Positions 26,801 through 38,800 of a stretch of 64,000 nt of DNA are shown here, one piece after another (positions within the stretch are counted from its first letter, which is position 1; every line of letters begins with the position of its first letter). This stretch comes from Isurus oxyrinchus (lineage: Eukaryota). Under the pieces are notes generated by a model. It was given only the letters and a program-made list of their open reading frames with translations. It did not search any database and was not told the DNA's origin. Position numbers and translations under genes: made by a program. The DNA is taken from NCBI GenBank assembly GCA_026770705.1, contig JANJGN010000021.1, forward strand, positions 88,474,001-88,538,000, read 5' to 3'.

Positions 26801-29800
26801 AAGAGTTGACGTTTCGAGTCCTCATGACCCTTCGACAGAACTTGAGTTCGAGTCCAAGAAAGAGTTGAAATATAAGCTGGTTTAAGGTGTGGGGGTTGGG
26901 GGGGGTGCGGTGGAGAGAGAGAGAGAGAGAGAGAAGTGGAGGGAGTGGTGTGGTTGTAGGCAAAAGCCGTGATAAAAGCAGATCATCAAAAGATGTCACA
27001 AACAACAGGACAAAAGAACACATAGGTGTTAAAGTTGGTGATATTATCTAAACGAATGTACTAATTAAGAATGGATGGTAGGGCACTCAAGATATAGCTC
27101 TGGTGGGGGTGGGGGAGAGCATAAAAGATTTAAAAATATTTGAAAATAATGGAAATAATACATCAAGCCATTGTTTCCAGGACTGTCACTGACCTCATCT
27201 CCTCTGGGGATCTTCCTCCCACAGCTTCCAACGTGATAGTCGCCCAACCTCAGACGGCCCGCTTCTATCTCCTACCCAAAATCCACAAACAGAACTGCCC
27301 CGGTAAACCGATCGTCTCAGCTTGCTCCTGCCCCACAGAACTCATTTCTCATTATCTTGACTCCCTTCTCTCTCCCCTTGTCCAGTCCCTTCTCACCTAC
27401 ATCCGTGATTCCTCTGACACCTTACGTCACATCAACAATTTCCAGTTCCCTGGCCCCAACCGCCTCCTCTTCACCATGGATGTCCAATCCCTCTACACCT
27501 CCATCCCCCACCAGGATGGTCTGAGGGCCCTTAGCTTCTTCCTCGAACAGAGGCCCGAACAATCCCCATCCACCACTACTCTCCTCCGTCTGGCTGAACT
27601 TGTTCTCACGCCAAACAATTTCTCCTTCAACTCCTCTCACTTCCTCCAAATAAAAGGTATAGCTATGGGTATCCGCATGGGCCCCAGCTATGCCTGTCTC
27701 TTTATGGGGTATGTGGAACATTCCTTGTTCCAGTCCTACTCCGGCCCCCTTCCACAACTCTTTCTCCGGTACATCGATGATTACTTCGGTGCTGCTTCAT
27801 GCTCTCGTCGGGACTTGGAAAAATTTATTAATTCTGCTTCCAATCTCCACCCCTCCATCATTTTCACGTGGTCCATCTCTGACACTTCCCTTCCCTTCCT
27901 TGACCTCTCTGTCTCAATCTCTGGTGATAGACTGTCCACCAATATCCATTACAAACCCACCGACTCCCACAGCTACCTCGACTACAGCTCCTCACACCCC
28001 GCTTCCTGTAAGGACTCCATCCCATTCTCTCAGTTCCTTTACCTCTGTCGCATCTGTTCCGATGATGCTACCTTCAAAAACAGTTCCTCTGACACGTCCT
28101 CCTTCTTCCTTAACCGAGGTTTTGCACCCACGGTCATTGACAGGGCCCTCAACCGTGTCCGGCCCATCTCCCGCGCATCCGCCCTCACACCTTCTCCTCC
28201 CTCCCAGAAACATGATAGGGTTCCCCTTGTCCTCACTTATCACCCCACCAGCCCCCGCATTCAAAGGATCATCCTTCGCCATTTCCGCCAACTCCAGCAT
28301 GATGCCACCACCAAACACATTTTCCCTTCACCCCCCCTATCGGCATTCCGTAGGGATCGCTCCCTCCGGGACACCCTGGTCCACTCTTCCTTCACCCCCT
28401 ACTCCTCAACCCCCTCCTATGGCTCCACCCCATGCCCACGCAAAAGATGCAACCCCTGCACCTTCACTTCCTCTCTCCTCACTGTCCAAGGGCCCAAACA
28501 CTCTTTTCAAATGAAGCAGCATTTCACTTGCATTTCCCCCAACTTAGTCTACTGCATTCGTTGCTCCCAATGTGGTCTCCTCTACATTGGAGAGACCAAA
28601 CGTAAACTGGGCGACCGCTTTGCAGAACACCTGCGGTCTGTCCGCAAGAATGATCCAAACCTCCCTGTCGCTTGCCATTTTAACACTCCACCCTGCTCTC
28701 ATGCCCACATGTCTGTCCTTGGCTTGCTGCGTTGTTCCAGTGAAGCCCAACGCAAACTGGAGGAACAACACCTCATCTTCCAACTAGGCACTTTACAGCC
28801 TTCCGGACTGAATATTGAATTCAACAACTTTAGGTCTTGAGCTCCCTCCTCCATCCCCACCCCCTTTCTGTTTCCCCTTTCCTTTTGTTTTCCAATAAAT
28901 TATATAGATTTTTATTTTCCCACCTATTTCCATTATTTTTAAATATTTTAAATCTTTTATGCTCCCTCCACCCCCACTAGAGCTGTACCTTGAGTGCCCT
29001 ACCATCCATTCTTAATTAGCACATTCGTTTAGATAATATCACCAACTTTAACACCTATGTGTTCTTTTGTCCTGTTGTCTGTCACATCTTTTGATGATCT
29101 GCTTCTATCACTGCTTTTGCCTACAATCACACCACCCCCTCCACTTCTCTCTCTCTCTCTCTCTCTCTCTCCCTCTGCTCCCCCCCCCCCCCCCCCCCCA
29201 CACCTTAAACCAGCTTATATTTCAACTCTTTCTTGGACTCGAACTCAAGTTCTGTCGAAGGGTCATGAGGACGCGAAACGTCAACTCTTTTCTTCTCCGC
29301 CAATGCTGCCAGACCAGTTTTTTCAGGTAATTCTGTTTTTGTTTTAGCTTACCAAGACCTGTTTTGTAAAGTAAATTATCAATGAAGTGGTTAAAAGATT
29401 TCCTTTAGACATTTTTGAGGAAAAATAACAGATTTCTTAACTCTTAATCTGTGCACTATTTTTATGTAAGGGTTTTCAGAGTTGTTGTGAGATTATCCAG
29501 TGCTGTTCTGTACTACAGCAGTAAATCAGTCACTTATAATCCCTCGAGCTTTGTGATTGAGTTTGCCTGACCTTTGTTTAAAATTATATGGGGCATAACT
29601 TCAATGGGGTAAACACTGGGCTGAATTTTCCGTTCGTCAGGTGGGCGGGCCTGACCTAATCATGGCAAGTGATTGGGGCCGCGCCGCCATTTTACATGAG
29701 TGGGCCAAGTAAGGCCCGCCCAGCATGACGTCCGCCAGAAAGCGCTATGCACTCCCTGTGCGGGTTGGGGGGGGTGGGGGGTGGAATCCCTAAAACCGTG

Positions 29801-32800
29801 AGTGCGCTCTTTTGCGCATGCGCACGAAAAAGCGCACTCATCTCCCTGAGGCTAAGTGCAGCCTCAGGGAGATTGCCTCGAGTTTTAAAAATATTAAAAA
29901 TAGAGAAGAGAAAGATCCCTTACATGTCCCCTCATGTGACAATGTCACATGGGTTGGGACATGTTCATAATTTCAATAACAACTTTATTACAATTTTTAA
30001 AACCTTACGTGAAACTTCATCCGGCTGCTGGACGAGGTTTCATGTTTTTTCTAGATGCCGCCGGGGCTCCTGGCCGACCTGCCAACCTTAAGGTTGGAAG
30101 GGCAGGTCCTTTAATTGGTTAATCGATGTTGTCAATGGCCTCAATTGGCCATTGACAGGCCGGCGGGCCCGCAGCTGATTTTGCTGCGCCGCGGCCTTCC
30201 TGAAAATTTAAATGGGGCGCGGTGACGTCGGGGGTTCTGCCCGACATAATCTCGCGTCATTTTATGTGTCGGCGAGCGGGCCCCGCTCCCCTGCTCGCGG
30301 ACAGTAAAACCCTATCCATTAAGCTTTGTTTCAAAAAGTACATAATTTATTAAAAACTGGGAAGTAGAAGGCAATGTTACCATCTATTGGCCCCATGCCT
30401 GTATGATGTTATCAGCTACTGAGACTCTTCTGGAGTTCACAAGATGGCTGGTCAATGTTCTGTCCTCCATAGTACAAATTTCAGGTCTGTCTGAGATATT
30501 CTGCCAACGCAGCAGCGTGCTGATACTGACTAATAACAGTTGGAGAAAGATTAACGGAGTTCAGCATAACCTCATTCAGCTTCCTCCTCGATAAAGAAAG
30601 AAAAGAACAGACCATCCTAACCAGTCAACAGGATAGAAATGTGTTTTCTGTGCCCCATTGGTGTTAGCATTAGCAGAGTTATAGTACTTGTACTATAAAT
30701 TACCGCCTGTTGGGGACTGCATGGTCTGAATCGGGAATGCTGACATGGAGTGTAGTCCAATTCTACTTCTCTACATGTCTGTACACTAGGAACATTGCCC
30801 ATTGGCTCCTCTGAGGAAATAATTTACTGTGATTAAAGTGAGGACCAACCTAGAAACAGACCATTTGGCCCAAATGGTCTATGCTAGCACTTATGCTTCA
30901 CATGAACCTCTTCTCAACCCTCTTCAACTTATCCAATTTCCACCCCCTTCTATTCCTTTCTCCCTCATATGCTTTGCTGGAGTTGAATCTACACTATTCC
31001 CCTCAAGCACTCCATGTGGTAGAGAATCCACATTCTCATCACTCCCGGGGTAAAAAACAAAGTTTCACCTGAATCCTTATTGGATTTATTCATGATTATC
31101 TTATATTTATGATCCCAGTTTTTGTCTACCCACAAGTGGAAATATTGTCGTTGTGTCTGCCTTATCAAAGATCCCAGCCTGTCCTGACAGTTATCACCTT
31201 TCAGTTCCGGTATAATTCTTATGAATCTCTTTTGCTCCTTCACAAGTGTTTCTATCAAATGCGGTCTACCTGAAATTCAGTACAAATTTAGTGTAACTTC
31301 TCAGAGTTTCCATTCCTCTGGAAATGGACCCAGTGCACTTTTTAAAGGTCTTTATTTGTCATGAGTTTTAATAACTTGTGTATCTGTACCCCTGGCTCCC
31401 CTTGCTCCTCCATCCCATTTAAGTTTTTATTTTCCAAGCAGTATGTAACCTCCTTATTCTTCCTGCCAAAACTAAGCAGCTTTCCAAACATTCTGTTACT
31501 TGTTCCGTGACTCCACATGCTTTGACCCTAATCAGGAGCCTTATCAAAGGCTTTTTAGAAATGGGAATATACCTTCTGCATTATCCTTGATAGTACCTTA
31601 AACGTTACCATGAACAGTCGTTTGCTGCTGCGCATTCTTGTGGTCTCATTATGAAAGGCACAGTGGCGAATTAAATAGCAATGGCATTTACTTTCTAATC
31701 TATGAATGTTTATAATGGTGTTCACTGTTTTTGTTCTTTCAACAGGAGCTTCTGAAATGACAGTGTGCACGTTGGTGTTTTTGTGTCTCCTGCTGATAGT
31801 TCTCTTATTTTCGTCTTGTCGTATGAAGGCCTGTGACACAAGCTTAAATAAGATTTGGTTTGTCAAACGTAAGTTCAGACACAAGTTTTATACGCACATG
31901 ACACTATCAAAACCCTCATGGTTAATGTGGGGGGTGGGGGGTGGGAGGGGGTGTGTGGAGGTTAGTGAGATTCAGATTCTGTAGTGGGGAGCGAGTTGAG
32001 AGGGTGACGAGGCAGCCTGCACATGCACTGCCTCGGATTTGGATCTGCTGAGTCCCAGTAAGTCTTGGAAGGTGGGCAGAGGAAAGTCCAGGAGGACCCC
32101 GAGTGTGGGCTGGCTGACCATCTGGTCTTTTATTAAAAGAAGCTGGAAGGAAATTTGCATAGCACCTACTCCATCCCATTATTTTGCGTATTTCACGGAA
32201 GGGTCCCAAAACAGGTGCTGGATCCTTCACTTCATATTTAAGTTGATCCACCGCTGATTGCAGGCATTTGCCAGGAAAGCCTAAAAGCAGAGAGGACCAA
32301 TAGGAAAGTGGCCAAGCAACCAGAAGTGGATTAGGAGCAGAACCAGGTGCCCAGAAATTGGCATACACTGCAATGTTTTCATGACCAAGAAGCAGACAAC
32401 GCGCACACATTTCTACCCCAGTGTTTCCAAATACCTTATGCTGAATGTGGCCCACATCATGTGTTAGAATATCCAATTTGATTTGAATCATTAGTCAGGA
32501 CAACCTGTGGTTCTCCGACTGGAGCATCAGTCTGCTGCTGTCAAATTTCATTTCTGGGTGAAAATCACTGCTTCCAGTCCTCAATAAAGCCATGACCCAT
32601 CACTTGCCCTGGATTGGAGGCACAGGTCAAGAATGAGTGATGGGTAGAGTTTCTCCATTGCTTGCTCTAGATGATGAGGTCATCACCAGCAGAGGCATGA
32701 TGGGTTGAATGGCCTCTGTCTATGTTGTAGTTATTGTGAAATAAATAATGACTGAAGTATACAGAAATGAAAGAACCCAAAATGGTGACATAAATCACTT

Positions 32801-35800
32801 TTTTATTTCACCACCTGAGTGACCAGGAACAAACTAAGAGCAAGGGCTGACAAAAATAACATGAGGTTTCTCGAGTTCTTCCCTGCTTTTGCAATTTTAA
32901 ATGGAGTTACCTGGAAAGGACCGAGAACCATCATTGTAGGAGATTCCGACTCTCTGGAACACGCTTTGTGAATCTCATGGGGCGTATTTGTGATCCCAGC
33001 AGAACTAGGCTGAAAATGTTGTGCACTCTAAATTGTATAAAAAGACTTGCATTTTCATAGCACCTCCCACAACCTCAAGCAGTTCACAGCCAACAAATTA
33101 CCCCCTGAAACCTCGTTACTGTTGTAGTATAGGAAGCAGCAGCTAGATTGAGCACAGCAAGCTCCCACAAGCACCAATGAAATAAATGACCAGGTAATTG
33201 TGTTTGATGTTTGAAGGATTAATGATGACCAGGACACCAGGAGACCTCCTGGTCCTTCTTTTAGCATAGTGCCATGGGACTTTTTATATCTAGCTGATGG
33301 AGAGTAAGGGACCTCAGTTTAACGTCTCATTCAAAACACAGCGCCACTGACATTGACACACTAGCCTAGATTATGTGCTCATGTCTCTGTAGCGGGTTTG
33401 ATCCCACAACCTTCTGATTCCGAGGCAAGAGTGGTCCCAGCTGAGCCATGGTTGACACCTGCACATGCTCAAGAACCCAGGAGCAGGAGAAATAGGAGCT
33501 GGAGAAGACCATTTGGCCTCTCAATCCTGCTCCGCCTTTCAAGTCTGATTGTGGCTGCTCCTCATATCCCCTGATTCCCTGAGAGAAATTTGTCCAGCAT
33601 ACAGGAACACAGCCACAGTGGAGGAAGATAATGGGGCAAATGTTTCTGCCCCTGGGGCTATTGGATCGCCTGGTCACAGCAAATACAGGGCATTCAGACA
33701 GAGAGGCGCACATGTCCATAATAGTGGCCGCTTGATTTTCTATTTGTTGACTGCAAATGGATGGGCTATCTGGCAGACTGCTAGGGAGGTGCGGTTCTCC
33801 CCTCCCGATTGTCCTGCGTTCGCTGGATCCAGGTGATCCAATAATCCCAAGCTCAGGACCAGGAAAATTATCCCTGTACTTTTCTCAACCAGTTGCATTT
33901 CCTAAGGTACAGCAGGAGGCAGNNNNNNNNNNNNNNNNNNNNNNNNNNNNNNNNNNNNNNNNNNNNNNNNNNNNNNNNNNNNNNNNNNNNNNNNNNNNNN
34001 NNNNNNNNNNNNNNNNNNNNNNNNNNNNNNNNNNNNNNNNNNNNNNNNNNNNNNNNNNNNNNNNNNNNNNNNNNNNNNNNNNNNNNNNNNNNNNNNNNNN
34101 NNNNNNNCTGTTTTGTTTGTTTTCAGCTTGTCATCTGATCTTAATGGTTGCAGTAAGTCCATTGGTTGGAATCATTGTGATGGGTCTGTCAGTGAGCCTG
34201 ATTGCAGAAACAGTGAAACGAGCTGGTGAATGTTCAATGATAAAATTGTCGCCAACAAACTAATTCTAGAAGCAACATCCCGTCAGGAATAGTTTGATCA
34301 GGAGAGCTAACTATGCAGTCATTTTTGCCAAGGTTTTCATTGGAAACTGTTGAATTATTGAAGTTTACATTGCAGAAGACCATTTGGCCCATTGTGTCTG
34401 TGCCAGCTTTGGCAAGACCAATCCAATTTTAATCCCACTGCTTGGCCCTCGACTCAATGCCATTTGCTTCAAATATTTATTCACTTTTCCTCGAATGATG
34501 TAATGGTTCTCAGCTCAATAATTCCCTGTAGTAAAGTATTTTATGCTTCAAAAACTCTTGTGTAAAAAAATCACTCCTAAACAATCTTTTTACCCAAGAT
34601 AGTCTGGAAGTGATGACACAATTTACAGAGCAGAAACAGACCATATGGGCCAGCAGTTCATGCTGGTGTTTATCCTCGACTCAAGTCTCCTCCCCATCCA
34701 TCCTCATCTAAATCTTATTGACAATACCCTCTGTTTCCTTCTCCACTAGCTTCCTCTGAAATGCATCTATATGATTCACTTCAACGGCTGCTCATGGTAG
34801 CACATTCTACATTCTGCCTGTGGGTAAAGAAGGTTCTTTTGAAGTCCTTATTTGATTTCTTGGTGGCTATCTCATATTGATGGCCTCTAGTCCCTTTTCC
34901 ACAAAAGGAAGCACTTCTTATGTGTTTCGTATCAAAATCTAGCACCACTTTTAATACCTCTATTAGGTAACCTGTTCAATAATTCCTTTCTGAGGGAAAA
35001 AGAGATCAACAATACTGACTTCCCAAATGAAATTTGGATGGATCTGGAGCTTGAGATTTGAACTCCTGCATTTCAGACTATTGGATTATTTGCGTTCAGT
35101 GAATATAGGAAATTGAGAGCAGCAAGGTCAGAGAATGGATGCATCAGTCTGAGAGCTAGAGTCCACCACAGGAAGTGGGGGAAGTTCTGTTGATTCTGGG
35201 CCACTATTGGTGGTCAGGCCAATGGTTGGACACCCAGGATCGAGTTGGCACTTCACCATTTTAGGCCATGGCTGATGTATGGTGTGGAGGACATTGAGTA
35301 GGGGAAATATTTGAATGTAGTTCGATTCTTCAAATAAAAAGAGGAAGAATTTGTTTAAAACGCTTGGAGCTTGTGTTGTTTTCCCAGACTAGGAAGCAAT
35401 CTTATGGGATTGGCTGGTATGATGTGGTGGGCATTACGGATACAGGGCTGCAAGGGGATCAGGACGGGGAGCTAAATATCCAAGGATATGCATCCTAATG
35501 AAAAGATAGGCAGGTTGGCAGAGGGGGTGGGGTTGCTTTGTTAGTAAGAAATGAAATTAAATCGTTGGCAAGAAATGATGTAGAGTCAGATGATGTAGGA
35601 TCTGTGTGGGTAGAGTTGAGGAACTGCAAAGGTTAAAAAAACCATAATGGGAGTTATGTACAGCCTCCGAACAGTAGTCAGGATGTGGGGCACAAGATAC
35701 ACCAGGAGATAGAAAAGGTGTGTAAGAAAGGCAAGGTTACTGTGATCATGGGGGATTTCAATATGCAGGTACACTGGGAAAATCAGGTTGGTAGTGGATC

Positions 35801-38800
35801 CCAAGAAAAGGAATTTGTGGAATGTCTATGAGATGGCTTTTTAGAGCAGTTTGTGGTGGAACCCACTAGGGTACAGGCAATTCTAGATTTAGTGATGTGT
35901 AATGAGGCAGAATTGATAAGGGAGCTTAAGGTGAAGGAACCCTTATGAGGAAGTGACCATAATATGATAGAATTTACCCTGCAATTTGAGAGGAAAAAGC
36001 TGGAATCAGATGTAACGGTATTACAGTTGAATAAAGGCAACTACAGAGGCATGAGGGAGGAGTTGGCCAGAATTGACTGGGAGATGAGCCTAGCAGGAAA
36101 GACAGTGGAACAGCAATGACAGGAGTTTCCGGGAATAATTTGGAAGATACAGCAAAAATTCATCCCTAGGAAGAAGAAGCATACTAAAGGGAGGATAAGG
36201 CAACCATGGCTGACAAGGGAAGTCAGGGACAGCATAAAAGCTAAAGAGAAAGCATACAATGCAGCGAAGAGCAGTGGGAAACCAGGGGATTGGGAAGCCT
36301 ACAAAGACCAACAGAGGACAACTAAAAAAGAAATGAGGAGGGAGAAGATTAAATATGAGGGTAAACTAGCCAGTAATATAAAAGAAGATTGCAAGAGGTT
36401 TTTTTAGATATATAAAGGGTAAGAGAGAGGCAAAAGTGGACATTGGGCCGCTGGAAAATGACGCTGGAGAAGTAGTAGTGGGGAACAAAGAAATGGCGGA
36501 GGAACTGAATAGGTACTTTGCGTCAGTCTTCACGGTGGAAGACACGAGTTACATCCCCAAAGTTCAAGAGAGTCGGGGGGCAGAGGTTAGTATGGTGGCC
36601 ATTACCAAGGAGAAGGTGCTAGGAAAACTGAAAGGTCTGAAGGTGGCTAAATCACCTGGACCAGATGGATTTTAACTCAGCGTTCTGAAGGAGATAGCTG
36701 AAGAGATAGTGGAGGCGTTAATGGTGATCTTTCAGGAATCACTGGAGTCAGGGAGGGTCCCAGAGGACTGGAAAATCGCTAATGTAACCCCCCTGTTTAA
36801 GAAGGGAGTGAGGCAAAAGACGGGAAATTACAGGCCGATTAGCCTGACCTCGGTTGTTGGTAAGATTTTAGAGTCCATTATTAAGGATGAAATTTCAGAA
36901 TACTTGGAAGTGCATGGTAAAATCAAGCAAAGTCAGCTTGGTTTTATCAAGGAGATGTCATGCCTGACAAATCTGTTAGAATTCTTTGAGGAAGTAACGA
37001 GTAGGTTAGACAAAGGAGAGCCAATGGATATTATCTACTTGGACTTCCAGAAGGCCTTTGACAAGGTGCCGCACAAGAGGCTGCTCAGTAAGATAAGAGC
37101 CCATGGTGTTAGAGGCAAGGTACTACCATGGGTAGGAGATTGTCTGTCTAGCAGGAGGCAGAGAGTGGGGATAAGGGGCTCCTTCTCAGGATGGCAGCCG
37201 GTGACTAGTGGAGTTCCGCAGGGGTCAGTGTTGGGATCACAAATTTTCACTTTATAATTTATTAATGAGGGCATCCTGGCTAAATTTGCAGATGATACAA
37301 AGATAGGTGGAGGGACAGGTAGTTTTGAGGAGGTGGGAAGGCTGCAGAAGGATTTGGACAGGTTAGGGGAAATGGGCAAAGAAGTGGCAGATGGAATACA
37401 ACATGGGCGAGTGTGAGGTCATGCACTTTGGTAGGAAGAATAGAGGCATAGACTATTTTCTAAGTGGAGAGAGAATTCAGAAATCTGGAGTGCAAAGGGA
37501 CTTGGGAGTTCTAGTCCAGGATTCTCTTAAGGTTAACTTGCAGGTTGAGTCTGTATTTAGGAAGGCAAATACAATGTTGGCATTTATTTCGAGAGGACTA
37601 GAATATAAAAGCAGGGATGTGCTGCTGTGGCTTTATAAGGCTATGGTCCAGACCACATTTAGAATGTTGCGAGCAATTTTGGGCCCCGTATCTCAGGAAG
37701 GAAGTGCTGGCCCTGGGGAGGGTCCAGAGGAGGTTCACAAGAATGATCCCAGGAATGAAAGGCTTAACATATGAGGAACGTTTGAGGACTCTGGGTCTAC
37801 ACTCGATGGAGTTTAGAAGGATCAGGGGGGATCTGAATGAAACTTACAGAATACTGAAAGGCTTGGATAGAGTGGACGTGGGGAAGATGTTTCCATTAGT
37901 AGGAGAGACTAGGAACCGCGGGCACAGCCTCAGAGTAAAGGGAAGACCTTTTAGAAAAGAGATGAGGAGAAATTTCTTTAGCCAGAGAGTGGTGAATCTA
38001 TGGAATTCATTTCCACAGAAGGTTGTGGAGGCCGGGTCATTAAGTGTATTTAAGATGGAGATAGATAGGTTCTTGATTGGTAAGGGGATCAAAGGTTACG
38101 GGGAGAAGGCGGGAGAATGGGGTTGAGAAACTTATCAGCCATGATTGAATGGTGGAGCAGACTCGATGGGCCAAATGGCCTAATTTCTGCTCCTATGTCT
38201 TATGGTCTTATGGTCTAATCTATCAGAATTACTCTGTCATAGACTCACAGACATTTACAGCACAGAAGGAGGCTATTCGGCCCATCGTGTCCACACCAGT
38301 CAACAAAGATCTGACTACACTAATCCCTTTTTCCAGCGCTTGGCCCATAGCCCTGGAGGCTATGGCAATGCAAGTGAATATCTAAATACTTCTTAAATGT
38401 TATGAGAGTTTCTGACTCAACCATCCTTTCAGGCAGTGAGTTCCAGACTCCCACCACCCTCTGGGTGAAAATATTTCTCCTCAACTCCCCTCTTAGCCTT
38501 CTACCTCTTCCCTTAAGTCTATGACCCCTGGTTATTGACCCCTCTACTAATGGAAAAAGTGCCTTCTTGTATCTTCCTATCCACCCTATCTATGTCCCAC
38601 ATAATCTTATACACCTCTATCAGGTCCCCTCTCAACCTTCGTTGCTCGAAGGAAAACAACCCCAACTTATCCAATCTTTCCTCGTAGCTCAGAACCTCCA
38701 GTCCAGCCAGCATCCTGGTAAATCTCCTCTTCACGCTCTCCAGTGCAATCATATCCTATCTATAATGCGGATTCCAGAAATGCATGCAGTACCAGTTGTG

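Larger units (their letters stand above)
26707..29346 (+). mobile_element. Penelope-like element (Neptune type), 5'-truncated, with inverted terminal arms (26707-27157 vs ~28925-29346) and an 11-bp TSD GCTTACCAAGA (26696-26706 / 29347-29357)
   Basis: RT plus GIY-YIG ORF, a ~430-bp inverted repeat and a perfect TSD, all read directly from the sequence. Confidence 0.93.

Noticed and set aside
27422-28787. Alternative-frame and antisense ORFs (274, 111, 108 aa) inside the PLE
   Set aside because: Shadow ORFs of a C-rich coding strand.
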